A DNA stretch of 64,000 nucleotides from Nitrosopumilus sp. Lineage in GTDB: Archaea; Thermoproteota; Nitrososphaeria; Nitrososphaerales; Nitrosopumilaceae. A program made the position numbers and the translations under genes. Location: assembly GCA_965197525.1 (NCBI GenBank), contig OZ240211.1, forward strand, positions 1,056,001 through 1,120,000, given 5' to 3'. Positions 19,574 to 29,590 of this stretch are shown here, one piece after another. The notes beneath the pieces are model-generated. The model saw nothing but the letters and a program-made list of their open reading frames with translations. It searched no databases and was not told the DNA's origin. Positions within the stretch are counted from its first letter, which is position 1; every line of letters begins with the position of its first letter.

Positions 19574-19884
19574 TTACAGATAACGCAAATAGACATGCTG
19601 TCAAATAACCAAAAAAATGCAAATTCTAAGTCAATGAATCATTTGAATATGTTTTTGGTGTAGATTGTGTCCAGTATTAAGAAAAAAGAAGAGAATGGTA
19701 TTACACAATTACCAATAGACATGTCTATAAAGGACAATATCACAGAATAATATGGGAGTATTTGAGCGAACAAACAAAACGATGGTGGGAAGGTCTCGGA
19801 GAAGAACTAGAGATAGACATTGAGACATTAACTGACAATCACAACTCTCAAGAACTGTCCAAATAATTTTAAAAATAATTATAA

Positions 19885-19958
19885 AGCCTTGAACGGGATC
19901 TGAACCCGTGACCTAACGCTTACGAGGCGTTCGCTCTACCGAGCTGAGCTACCAAGGC
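19885..19958 (-). tRNA. tRNA-Thr (CGT)
   Basis: Reverse complement GCCTTGGTAGCTCAGCTCGGTAGAGC-G-AACGC-ctCGTaa-GCGTT...GGTTCAGATCC...TCAAGGC. Confidence 0.95.
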
Positions 19959-20009
19959 ATAATCGATTAAATCCATCAGAGTTAATAAAAAGCCTTTCAG
20001 AGTGATATC

Positions 20010-21338
20010 ATGAAGAATACGATCTCAGGAGTCAGAGGAGTGTTTGGAGAGGATCTGAATTTAAAAGATGTGCTAGAATTTTCCAACAACTTTTCATCGT
20101 TGATAGAATCAAATAGATGCGTTATTGGCAGAGACACAAGACCCACGAGTCAGATGATACAAAACGCTGCAAGTGCTGCGTTGATGAGAAACGGGATTGA
20201 TGTATTTGATTTGGGAGTGGTGCCAACACCCATAGTTTTCAGACAGGCAAGGGGCTTTGGGGCAGGACTAGTAGTTACATCATCGCACAATCCCATACAA
20301 TGGAACGGAGTCAAGTTTGTAGTTAATGGAAGGGGAATCAATGAGGCTGAACTAGAGCAGGTTACTAGGCATCAGAAAGTGTCTGCATCCCGTATAGGTA
20401 TTGAAGAAGAGATACCGCTGTCATCATCGTTAGCATCCTATGTAGAGGACGCAAAGAAAGTCATAGGAGGGAGTATTGAGAGTCGCCCAAAGATAGTGGT
20501 GGATTCAGGCGGAGGTGCAGCAAGTGTGTTTGCTCCCAAACTATTAAGGGAGATAGGATGTGATGTGACTACAATTAATGATACGTTAGATGATGCATGC
20601 TCAAGAGGTCCCGACCCAACAGCTGACAAGCTATCAGAGTTAGTTGCATCTTCTTCATCTTCAAACAATATGGATATAGGATTCGCATTTGATCTAGACG
20701 GGGACAGACTAGTAGTAGTAGATCACGGAACAAAGCAGACACCAGACGTCACACTAGGACTGGGCGTTGCAAAATCTTTGGAGCTTGGATACAAGAATTT
20801 TGTTCTAAGTATAGATACAAGTGTTGCAGTTGAGAAATTCATAAAAGAGAGAGGAGGCACAGTGCAAAGATCCAAAGTGGGAGAAGCAAACGTAATAGAG
20901 TTGATGCTAAGAAATGGCGCCCAAGCCGGAGGAGAGGGAAGCAGTGCCGGTTTTATTTTGCCAGAGTTTAACTATTGCAGAGAAGGAATTCTCACAAGTG
21001 GATTGATTGCATCCATGCTAGGTACTCCCAGGTACGAAGAGATTACAAGTTATATGGATGGCTATCACATACAGAGAACAAAAGTCCGAGTGAACTCTGC
21101 TTTTCATGATGCAGTTATGGACAGTGTTAAAACAAGATTTGCAAAAGATTACTCTGAAACAATAACGCTTGATGGAATCAAAGGAATTGCAGACGAGGAT
21201 AGCTGGGTGTTAATCAGAAAGTCAAACACAGAAGACATCATAAGGGTGTCTGCTGAATCAAGTGACAAAGAGAGATGCAAAAAAATACTCAAAGGTGTAA
21301 CAGAGATGGTGAACCAATGTTATGAGAAAGTTAGATGA
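20010..21338 (+). CDS. Phosphomannomutase/phosphoglucomutase
   Basis: TSSHNP, FDLDGDR, GGEGS motifs. Confidence 0.93.
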   Translation: MKNTISGVRGVFGEDLNLKDVLEFSNNFSSLIESNRCVIGRDTRPTSQMIQNAASAALMRNGIDVFDLGVVPTPIVFRQARGFGAGLVVTSSHNPIQWNGVKFVVNGRGINEAELEQVTRHQKVSASRIGIEEEIPLSSSLASYVEDAKKVIGGSIESRPKIVVDSGGGAASVFAPKLLREIGCDVTTINDTLDDACSRGPDPTADKLSELVASSSSSNNMDIGFAFDLDGDRLVVVDHGTKQTPDVTLGLGVAKSLELGYKNFVLSIDTSVAVEKFIKERGGTVQRSKVGEANVIELMLRNGAQAGGEGSSAGFILPEFNYCREGILTSGLIASMLGTPRYEEITSYMDGYHIQRTKVRVNSAFHDAVMDSVKTRFAKDYSETITLDGIKGIADEDSWVLIRKSNTEDIIRVSAESSDKERCKKILKGVTEMVNQCYEKVR

Positions 21339-22281
21339 GAAAGCAATAATTGAGATTTTGCAGGATAAGCTAGGCAACAAAGACTGGATTGCAGAAGATG
21401 TAGAGGTATGTGACTTTGGTAAAACAAGGGTCATAGTAAATACTGACACCCTAGTTGAGAGTACAGATATCCTGCCATCAATGAAGTTGGGACAGGCTGC
21501 AAGAAAGAGTGTCGCAGCATGCATCAGCGATTTTGCAGCCAAGGGTGTAGCCCCCAAGTACGGTGTCATCTCGGTGAACCTGCCTGCAGGCGTATCACGC
21601 TCAGATATCATCGAGATTGCAGCAGGTCTTAAAAAAGCATGCAAAGAGTACGATATCACAATGTTGGGAGGAGACACGAACCAAGGCAAGGAGGTTGTGT
21701 TTAACGTGTGTGTCTTTGGTGTGACTGACAGAATAGTCACAAGAGGAGGTGCAAAAAAAGGAGATACCATATTTGTCACAGGACCGTTTGGGTATACAGC
21801 AGCAGGACTGGACATACTGCTGCATGGTAAAAAAATAGCAAAAAAGACAAACTTTGTAAACAAAGCCATTAGGGCAGTTATGAGGCCGAAACCTCGGCTG
21901 GATTTTGGCATAAAAAACAAGAGGTATTTTTCAGCGTCAATGGATTCAAGCGACGGGTTATCGACTACACTGGCAGAGATGTCAAGGTGTAGCAAGAACA
22001 GATTTGTAGTAAGCGACATACCAGCTAGAAAGGACTTGAAGGATTTTGCACAGACACGCAAGATGGATTTGGATAAACTTGTGTTTGATGGAGGAGAAGA
22101 GTACGAGTTTGTGTTTACGGTGCCGCAGAAATACAAAGGTGTGATCAAAAAAAATGCCAGAGTGTTAAAGATTCCAATTATGGAGATAGGGTATGTAACG
22201 GCAGGGAAAGGGGTTTTTGTGTATAGGAACGACGGGAAGATGATGCCATTAAGAGATCAAGGATGGAAGCACTTTAGTTAG
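21322..22281 (+). CDS. thiL: Thiamine-monophosphate kinase
   Basis: NTDTLVE, ISDFAAKG, LGGDT, MDSSDGL, GGEEYE. Confidence 0.95.
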   Translation: MRKLDEKAIIEILQDKLGNKDWIAEDVEVCDFGKTRVIVNTDTLVESTDILPSMKLGQAARKSVAACISDFAAKGVAPKYGVISVNLPAGVSRSDIIEIAAGLKKACKEYDITMLGGDTNQGKEVVFNVCVFGVTDRIVTRGGAKKGDTIFVTGPFGYTAAGLDILLHGKKIAKKTNFVNKAIRAVMRPKPRLDFGIKNKRYFSASMDSSDGLSTTLAEMSRCSKNRFVVSDIPARKDLKDFAQTRKMDLDKLVFDGGEEYEFVFTVPQKYKGVIKKNARVLKIPIMEIGYVTAGKGVFVYRNDGKMMPLRDQGWKHFS

Positions 22282-22638
22282 CTATTCGCCAAATGATAGT
22301 GATGTAGTACGGTCAACGTCGTTTATAATGCTAAACAGCGAATCAGCAGGCAAGGCAGATACACATTGCGTCATCCATCTCCCATCTAGTTGCTGGAACT
22401 CTTCTAGAATGTCGTCAGGCAGTTGATCTAGGGCTGAGTCAGGATATGCTGCATGTAGCTTGTATCCTTGGTTTGCAATCTGCTGGCACATCTCTTCTTG
22501 TGGAGAGAGTACCGAATTACTAACAGGTGCAAGAAACTGGAATGCAAGAGAACCAAGCAGGGCTACCCCAACTGCAGTTATTATTACGGGTACAACGATA
22601 GAGGCCACCTTTATGTATAGAATAGAGCCGTATATCAA
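22282..22638 (-). CDS. Hypothetical membrane-anchored protein
   Basis: N-terminal TM and a Cys pair; start uncertain. Confidence 0.6.
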   Translation of the reverse strand: MIYGSILYIKVASIVVPVIITAVGVALLGSLAFQFLAPVSNSVLSPQEEMCQQIANQGYKLHAAYPDSALDQLPDDILEEFQQLDGRWMTQCVSALPADSLFSIINDVDRTTSLSFGE

Positions 22639-22998
22639 TAGTTGTAAATTTCAAGACATGTTATAGTTTGGAATAATGTTTATGAACTGCGGTATATGTC
22701 CACTAGAACTGTTTTTGTGTTTCAACGCTTGAATAATTAATAATTACACACAGGTTAAAAATACAATAAATGAAATCAAGGAATATCCTTTAGAAAACCA
22801 AAATTAAAATTAAAACGAGAGCATGTAACAGAGCATTCCCTTCACTACCCCATTCAACATGTCTCTAGTAGTACGAGTGCACTACATATTATCATATAAC
22901 ATGATTGAGAATATAAGCGATCGTCATCTCAAGCAAACAAACCTGTTATAAAATTAGATACAACTAGCTCAAAATATGAGAAGAAATTTAATCATCTG

Positions 22999-23664
22999 AT
23001 GCCGATTCAGACTATGACAAAGGCAATAGTCTTGGGAGGCTCGCGAGGCATAGGCAGGGCAATAACCAAAGCATTGCAGTCAATTGGTATTGATACTGTC
23101 ATCTCTACATCAAAAAGTGACATTGACACATCAGATATCACAAGCGTCAAAAACTTTGTAAAAAAGCACGGTCAGACAGACATCCTAATCTTAAACACAG
23201 GGGGACCGCCTCCCAAAGAATTCTCAGACGTGACAGAACAGGACTGGAATACGTATCACAACCAGTTGTTTTTGGGATTCTGTATCATATTGCAAAATAT
23301 CAAAATAAACGATGGAGGATACATCTTTCTTATCAGCTCAAATGTAATCAAGGAACCGAATCCAAACTTGGTGATATCGTCGGCGTATCGTACTGCATTT
23401 GCACACGTATTCAAAATACAAAGCAAACAGTACGCGAAGAAGAATATCAGTTGCATAAACATTGCACCAGGTCCAATAAACACAGATAGGACACAACAAC
23501 TAATAGACGACATACCAAAATACATCGACACACTTCCAATGAAACGGTTAGGAGAACCAGAGGAGATAGGTAACTTTATCAAATCAATAGTTCAAAACGA
23601 CATAAAATATTTGACAGGTGTTACAATAAACTTTGATGGCGGAGTCTCAAACCACATATTTTAA
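22999..23664 (+). CDS. Short-chain dehydrogenase/reductase
   Basis: GGSRGIG, NTGGP, NIAPGPINT, LTGVTINFDGG. Confidence 0.9.
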   Translation: MPIQTMTKAIVLGGSRGIGRAITKALQSIGIDTVISTSKSDIDTSDITSVKNFVKKHGQTDILILNTGGPPPKEFSDVTEQDWNTYHNQLFLGFCIILQNIKINDGGYIFLISSNVIKEPNPNLVISSAYRTAFAHVFKIQSKQYAKKNISCINIAPGPINTDRTQQLIDDIPKYIDTLPMKRLGEPEEIGNFIKSIVQNDIKYLTGVTINFDGGVSNHIF

Positions 23665-23666
23665 AA

Positions 23667-24380
23667 TTATTTTCTAAATTCAACGTTTGGTGTATTGCTA
23701 TTATGATTATGATCATCGCAGTTCCCGTGAGCATTATGTTGTTGTTGCTGTTGTTGCTGCCCATCAATAACTATCAGACCACCGTCGCGCAACTGCTGTA
23801 ACAGCTGCAAGACCTCTTTCTCCACCTGGCTTCTTTGCAACCCGGTCTGTTCTGCAAAGATTTGTACCAGCTCTGTCACCTTGCGTTGTCCATTACAAGA
23901 CTTCCAGAAATCAACTATTGCCTGATTTACCATAAATCCTTGTTCATGCTCGTTTGCAAGAACCATGGAACCGTCCTCCTGTCTTACCAGCTTTCCTACA
24001 CCTTGGGGCAGTGCAGTCTCGTAATTGATTGGGGCAGGTGTGTTACCACTGTTCATGTTAGTGCCCATATTCTTTATCTTGATCTTTGCCTCTTCTGACA
24101 TCTTGTCCATCGACCATGCAGGTTCCCAGACAATCTCAACGTTGACATTGTTTACACCTGGAACTTTTTTGGCAAAGCGTGTTGCGTCCTCTACCAACGT
24201 CTCATGCAAAGGACATCCATGAGTAGTCATAGTCATCTTGATGTTGACGTCGTTATTCTCTGCAATATCGATTCCGTAGACGAGACCCATCTCTACGATA
24301 TTCAAGGGAACTTCAGGGTCCATACATTGTTTCAAGGACTCTTCTATTGCCTGTGGAGAGACTGTACTGCTACTACTCAT
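23667..24380 (-). CDS. DUF59/SufT-type metal-sulfur cluster assembly factor fused to a PqqD-like domain
   Basis: DPEVPLNIVEMGLVY...TTHGCP...WEPAWS, then FWKSCNGQRKVTEL...LQQLRDGGLI (PqqD-like). Confidence 0.85.
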   Translation of the reverse strand: MSSSSTVSPQAIEESLKQCMDPEVPLNIVEMGLVYGIDIAENNDVNIKMTMTTHGCPLHETLVEDATRFAKKVPGVNNVNVEIVWEPAWSMDKMSEEAKIKIKNMGTNMNSGNTPAPINYETALPQGVGKLVRQEDGSMVLANEHEQGFMVNQAIVDFWKSCNGQRKVTELVQIFAEQTGLQRSQVEKEVLQLLQQLRDGGLIVIDGQQQQQQQHNAHGNCDDHNHNSNTPNVEFRK

Positions 24381-24419
24381 ACTCTAGATTGCAGCTTGAA
24401 AAACAATAAAAACTTTCTA

Positions 24420-25484
24420 TTAATTAGCTTGAAATAATTTTAAGAGGGATTCAGTGTATGGTGCCCGCACGACGCCCTTTTCAGTAATAATGCCAGATAT
24501 CAAGTCAGGAGGAGTCATATCAAACGCAGGATTAATCACAGATACACCATCAGGGGCCGTATGAACATCGCCAATATGGGTTACCTCCGTTCCTTTGCGC
24601 ATCTCTATGACGACATCGTCTGCATCAGTCTCCATATCAATGGTGGATAATGGAGCAGCTACATAAAACGGGATATTGTGTGCGTTTGCAATCATGGCTA
24701 CCTGGTATGTTCCAATCTTGTTAAATACATGGCCTGTTCTCACTATTCTATCAGCACCAACGACTACCTTGTCTACAAGGCTGTTTGCCATCGTATAACC
24801 AACTGCAGTATCAGGAATTATACTGACATCAAACCCGTCGTGTTTTAACTCAAATGCAGTAAGTCTGGAGCCTTGTTGAACAGGTCTTGTTTCAGTGGCA
24901 ACAACCTTGATGTTCTTTCCGCTAGAACGTGTTGCGCGTATAACTCCCAAAGCGGTGCCATATCCCACGGTGGCCAAGGCGCCTGCGTTGCAATGTGTCA
25001 TAACAGTATCATTATCATCGAACAGCTCAGAGCCATGCTTTCCCATCGTCATGTTGATTGTAACATCCTCTTGCGCCATCTGGATGGATTTTGCAATAAT
25101 CTTTTGGATGACCTGCTGCGGGGTATCGCCGGTAGCAGGCGCTGTTGCAGTATCCATAATCTTTTGGAGGCCCCATGCCAAATTTACAGCAGTAGGTCGT
25201 GTTGCAAAGAGTGTATCTTTTGCAGTCTGCAAGTCCTCAAGCAGTGCATCCTTGGTCTCAGCGGTACTTTGTAGTGCAGCTAGTGCCATCCCAAATGCTG
25301 CAGACACTCCTATTGCAGGTGCGCCCCGGACTACAAGGGTCTTGATTGCCTGTGCCACCTCTTGGTATGTGCTGTACTCTACAAACTCTAGCTTGTTTGG
25401 CAGCTTGGTCTGATCTATCATCACTACCTTGTTGTCTCTCCATTGTACCGTCTTCAAAAAAGAGTCAAAGTTGTTATCGTTCAA
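24420..25484 (-). CDS. mtnA: S-methyl-5-thioribose-1-phosphate isomerase
   Basis: VRGAPAIG, TRPTAVNL, THCNAGALAT, ETRP, NKIGTY. Confidence 0.95.
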   Translation of the reverse strand: MNDNNFDSFLKTVQWRDNKVVMIDQTKLPNKLEFVEYSTYQEVAQAIKTLVVRGAPAIGVSAAFGMALAALQSTAETKDALLEDLQTAKDTLFATRPTAVNLAWGLQKIMDTATAPATGDTPQQVIQKIIAKSIQMAQEDVTINMTMGKHGSELFDDNDTVMTHCNAGALATVGYGTALGVIRATRSSGKNIKVVATETRPVQQGSRLTAFELKHDGFDVSIIPDTAVGYTMANSLVDKVVVGADRIVRTGHVFNKIGTYQVAMIANAHNIPFYVAAPLSTIDMETDADDVVIEMRKGTEVTHIGDVHTAPDGVSVINPAFDMTPPDLISGIITEKGVVRAPYTESLLKLFQAN

Positions 25485-25593
25485 TGATCCGTTTATTTTG
25501 TATCCTTATATAAAGCGAATTCATCTGTTTGTGTAAAGGTGCCATACAAGGTTGATACGTTTCAGGTATAGAGCACATCCGGAATTACTAATA

Positions 25594-26613
25594 TTATTCG
25601 TTTAACTTTTCTTTGATAAAACTGATAGAATCAACCGGCGAGGGGTCAATTCCTGACAGTATTGCCTTGTAGATACTGGTATAATCCAAAAAATAGATCA
25701 GGTTTACAAGTTTTGATAGAATGCTGCCACTAACAGAGTGTACAGTCTTGTAACCTATATGATTCTCGTTAAAATAGTCCTTTATGACACGGCACCTCTC
25801 CTTGGTCTTTACGTAGTCGTCCTGTCCCTCAATGAGTATAGGCTGAACAATGGACGGTCTCTCCCAGGATACGATTCCGTTATGGCACGACTCTATGATA
25901 TTCTCTGTGATTGCATGCATCTTTACATTCTCTTGCATAGAGTTCTTGAACCGGATGGCAGCTGCCTGGAGTCCTGAAGGATAATAAATTAAGGGAATGC
26001 CGGTTATTGACTTTGCCAGATTAATTGCAGGGTTACTGTCAGACAGATCCTGAGAAGAGATGACCTTGTTTTGGCGCTCCAGCTCTGATAGGGACTCGTA
26101 TACATCATCGTCGTTTAGATGGATAACCGGTTTTAGTGTTTTTAGCATTGTAAACAGGAATGATACAAACGACGCCCTAGGGGAATGGGTTTTTGGGACG
26201 TATCTGAACTGTAATGAGTGCTCTTGGGAGTACTCTTGCATCTTTCCGCCCGACGAGAATGCGACCACGTTTGGACATTTGAGACTTTGTGATGATTCCA
26301 ACACCGTCATGACTTCTTGCGTATTGCCTGACACGCTAGTTGCAATTACCAGCGTGTTTGAATCAACGGTCTTTGGTAACAGGTATCCCTTGATGACTGA
26401 TGTGTGAATGCTAGTCTTTGATAGTACGGATGCAATGATATCACCTAGCGTACCCGAACCGCCCATTCCAGCAAATACGATGTGGTTGATACCATCAAAA
26501 TCAACTTCGTCATTTGGTGCCTCAAATGCTTTTCGTGCAATCTGCGGCCACATGTCATACACTTTGTACATTCCTTGGGAATCGTACTTTTCAAGTGTAG
26601 GTATGTCAAGCAT
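25594..26613 (-). CDS. Bifunctional phosphoglucose/phosphomannose isomerase (SIS domain)
   Basis: GMGGSG, SVSGNTQE, SSGG, SPRAS, ENVKM, HNGI. Confidence 0.9.
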   Translation of the reverse strand: MLDIPTLEKYDSQGMYKVYDMWPQIARKAFEAPNDEVDFDGINHIVFAGMGGSGTLGDIIASVLSKTSIHTSVIKGYLLPKTVDSNTLVIATSVSGNTQEVMTVLESSQSLKCPNVVAFSSGGKMQEYSQEHSLQFRYVPKTHSPRASFVSFLFTMLKTLKPVIHLNDDDVYESLSELERQNKVISSQDLSDSNPAINLAKSITGIPLIYYPSGLQAAAIRFKNSMQENVKMHAITENIIESCHNGIVSWERPSIVQPILIEGQDDYVKTKERCRVIKDYFNENHIGYKTVHSVSGSILSKLVNLIYFLDYTSIYKAILSGIDPSPVDSISFIKEKLNE

Positions 26614-27079
26614 GATATTGTGTCTATTTTGAGGGGTTATAAGTGAAATTCAATAAAATTTGTCTGTATCTTTCTATTTTCTCCAAAATATATTCAAGAC
26701 CAGCAACTGGCTGACGATTGCAAGATAGAGGAATCCCACAACAATCAATCCTACTTACAAATCAGGGAGGATTTCGAGGATTCTTCTGAGAGGAAGGTGG
26801 GCAGGGATTCCAAAGTAGGCAATACAGCAGACACTGAAGAAACAGAAAACACGCCTGTGATTAGAGATCAGGTGAGCGTACAGGTGTACTAGATGCTGGT
26901 TAGGCAGTCCATCACCGTGTGAACATCATCAACACTCCAACTAGTACAGTAGTATTGATTTGTAAGACCTCAAAAGATTCTAGCCCATTTATCGAAATTT
27001 AAGGAGAATTGAGTAATATGAATTAGTTAGCGGAATAAACATTGTAGAGTTTGAGTCCAACTTAGAAACATGTATATGA

Positions 27080-28069
27080 TTGACAGTAAAAATACGAATT
27101 GAAGTTATAGTGGAGCATTCTGATCTTGTAGTACAAGAATTGATTCGTATTACCATGCAAAAGCTTTCTGCCAAACAGAGTTATCCATATATCAGTGCAA
27201 AAAAAATTCTGAAAATATTGTTCCAGGTAAAAGAGCAGTTGCCTGACAACAACCCACTGAAAAAACATTTGGCATATTATTGGTATAGAGATGGACCGTA
27301 CTCTGATGTGATCGCTAGCAACATAGACGTTCTCAAGAAAGAAGATAAAATAACCGAACATGTAAAGAGCAATAAAAAAACATATGTGTACAAGATTGAT
27401 TGTAGACATGTCCCTATAGTAAAACAAGATGAAGATATTGGAATAGTGCGAAAAAAGATAGGTGAAAAAGTAGACGAATTTATCAATATCGGAGATACTG
27501 TTAATGATATCTATGATGATGCGCCATTTAGATGGTATAAAACATATCGACTGACCTTTAGATCTCACTTTGAAGATTTTTGTAAAAATCAACCGACTGA
27601 CAGGACTGCCAGATATACCAGCGACAATATTCTAAACGAACTTGATGATGTAGTGCTTGATTATCCTGCAGAACCCCGCTTCATAGAGCTCCGTCCGATT
27701 GTGATGGATTTTGCAAAAATACTTGGTGCATTTTTACTTTCAAACGCCTATTTGAAACATAATGACAAGTTAGACATCCTTCAAAATTTATGTTGTAGAA
27801 TATGGGAGGTGTTTGCATACGGAGTACGGTTGGAATGCCACGATAGTTATTACAACGATCGTATAAATGAGTGGCAGCGCATATATGAGAATAATCTAGC
27901 GAGATTAGACGGCGATATACAAAATTATCAAAAAACATTTGACAAGATTTCTGTTGATACTCGCAAATTTGCTCCAGATATTGAGGACATAATATTGCAT
28001 CCAGAACGACACACGTTCACACCACTTGTTCTAGACGATTTGTTCAATAATTCCAACACATCCTCTTAA
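27080..28069 (+). CDS. Panacea/SocA(DUF4065)-like putative antitoxin with long C-terminal extension
   Basis: KILKILF...YYWYRDGPYSDVI resembles the Panacea W..GP motif; one base from a RelE-like gene; start uncertain. Confidence 0.55.
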   Translation: MTVKIRIEVIVEHSDLVVQELIRITMQKLSAKQSYPYISAKKILKILFQVKEQLPDNNPLKKHLAYYWYRDGPYSDVIASNIDVLKKEDKITEHVKSNKKTYVYKIDCRHVPIVKQDEDIGIVRKKIGEKVDEFINIGDTVNDIYDDAPFRWYKTYRLTFRSHFEDFCKNQPTDRTARYTSDNILNELDDVVLDYPAEPRFIELRPIVMDFAKILGAFLLSNAYLKHNDKLDILQNLCCRIWEVFAYGVRLECHDSYYNDRINEWQRIYENNLARLDGDIQNYQKTFDKISVDTRKFAPDIEDIILHPERHTFTPLVLDDLFNNSNTSS

Positions 28070-28070
28070 A

Positions 28071-28352
28071 ATGACAGAATGGAGCGTTGAAAAAAGTGAG
28101 CTTGCAGAAAAGCACATAAAGAAACACAGTCGAGATGCTCAGTTTCAAAAGGCTTTAAAACAGTGTATAAAAACTCTAAGCCAGGCAGAAGATCCGAAAC
28201 GATTTGGAGATCGAAAACATGGAAGATACAAGAATGTGTATGGATACAAACTTACAAATTCACTACGATTACTATACAGCGTAAATTATAATGATCACAA
28301 GATTCAATGTATTGACATTGGAGATCACAAACAGGTATATGGAAAAGACTAG
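28071..28352 (+). CDS. RelE/ParE-superfamily toxin
   Basis: 93 aa, basic; W-V-x helix start, LRLLYSV, IGDHKQVY C-terminus. Confidence 0.8.
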   Translation: MTEWSVEKSELAEKHIKKHSRDAQFQKALKQCIKTLSQAEDPKRFGDRKHGRYKNVYGYKLTNSLRLLYSVNYNDHKIQCIDIGDHKQVYGKD

Positions 28353-28832
28353 TAAAAACGTAATTGTTAACCACGTCTTCGCATATGTTATGTATAGACA
28401 TCCTCAAAACGTCTACGCATTGCATTCGTTACATGACTTGGTATTCTAGTAGGACATTACCATTGGATGATTTCTCAGATGACTTAACTTCACGATACAT
28501 CAAATACACGTCTGCAATTAGAGTAGTTCAAAGACGAATCTAATCTTTGAAATTCTGGCATAAAATAAATATTTAAAAAAAAATAAAGTGCCCTACATAC
28601 TAGTACTTTCTTTTTTCATGGTAAAGCATTGGACCTCTATCGTCGTCGTCATAATCACGTTCACGAATAATACGAGGATACCAACCACTTGTTTGACTTT
28701 GTAACACGGTTTTTTGCATACTGTACGTTCAAAGATATAGGTATTAACTATAATTTTGTTAATATCATTAATAATACTAGTTTAGTTTATACAATTAATA
28801 ATATTAAAATAAATGATATCTGAGGATTAGAC

Positions 28833-29567
28833 ATGACTGACAATCTTAGAATTCACATAGTTCCGATAGGGTATGATACCACAAGGGTTACAGAACCGCT
28901 GATAAGCAAAAAGGCAGACAGGGCTTATTTTATCCGACATAGTGGGGATGAGGAGTCAAGTTACTATGACTATATCAAAAGAGAGCTGGATGGCAAGGGA
29001 ATTGAGATTCGCGAAGAGTTCGTTGATATCTGGAACCTGTTTGAATGTATTCAAAAATTCAAAGAGATTGTAAGTCGCGACCATGGGAATCATTTCTATG
29101 TCAACGTGTCTACCGGCTCTAAAATTACTGCAATGGCAGGAATGTTGACATCCATGCTGACATCAGATGTCGAGCCGTATTATGTCCATATAGTGTACTC
29201 GCCTCAAAAGATCAAAAAAGAGATCAAGGGGGATACAGTAAAGAAGAGTAGTGAGCTGCCTGTGTTTGGGATAAACCAGCCTCCTGAAGAGTATCTGGCA
29301 GTGTTAGGGTTATTAGATGAACAAGAGGGCATGAAGAAGTCAAGACTGATTGAGAGTTTGGAGGAGCAAAGGATAATCGAGCAGAGGGATACTAGTAAGA
29401 CAGAGTTCTCAGAGCATGCAAAGCACAGTCAGTTGCGTGCAATGCTTGACCCGATGGAGAGGGTTTGGAAGTTTGTAAAGATCGAGGGAAAGGGTAAGAA
29501 GAGTAGGGTAAGGAGAACACCGCAGGGAAGTTTTGCGTTAGAGATGTTTGGTAAAACAAATGTTTGA
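28833..29567 (+). CDS. DUF6293/HFX_2341-like regulator (CARF-like Rossmann domain + wHTH)
   Basis: IHIVPIGYD...RV, YVNVSTGSKI motif; C-terminal wHTH (KKSRLIESLEE...TPQG). Confidence 0.75.
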   Translation: MTDNLRIHIVPIGYDTTRVTEPLISKKADRAYFIRHSGDEESSYYDYIKRELDGKGIEIREEFVDIWNLFECIQKFKEIVSRDHGNHFYVNVSTGSKITAMAGMLTSMLTSDVEPYYVHIVYSPQKIKKEIKGDTVKKSSELPVFGINQPPEEYLAVLGLLDEQEGMKKSRLIESLEEQRIIEQRDTSKTEFSEHAKHSQLRAMLDPMERVWKFVKIEGKGKKSRVRRTPQGSFALEMFGKTNV

Positions 29568-29590
29568 GATGCAGAATTTGGTATTACATA

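Noticed and set aside
19200-19885. Integrated element at the tRNA-Thr 3' end
   Set aside because: A startless coding-like frame (about 19681-19866) and a poorly supported ORF lie there, but I found no duplicated tRNA 3' end and no integrase.
26698-26892. Startless acidic open frame at the island's left edge
   Set aside because: Looks like decayed coding sequence, but it has no start codon and no assignable family.
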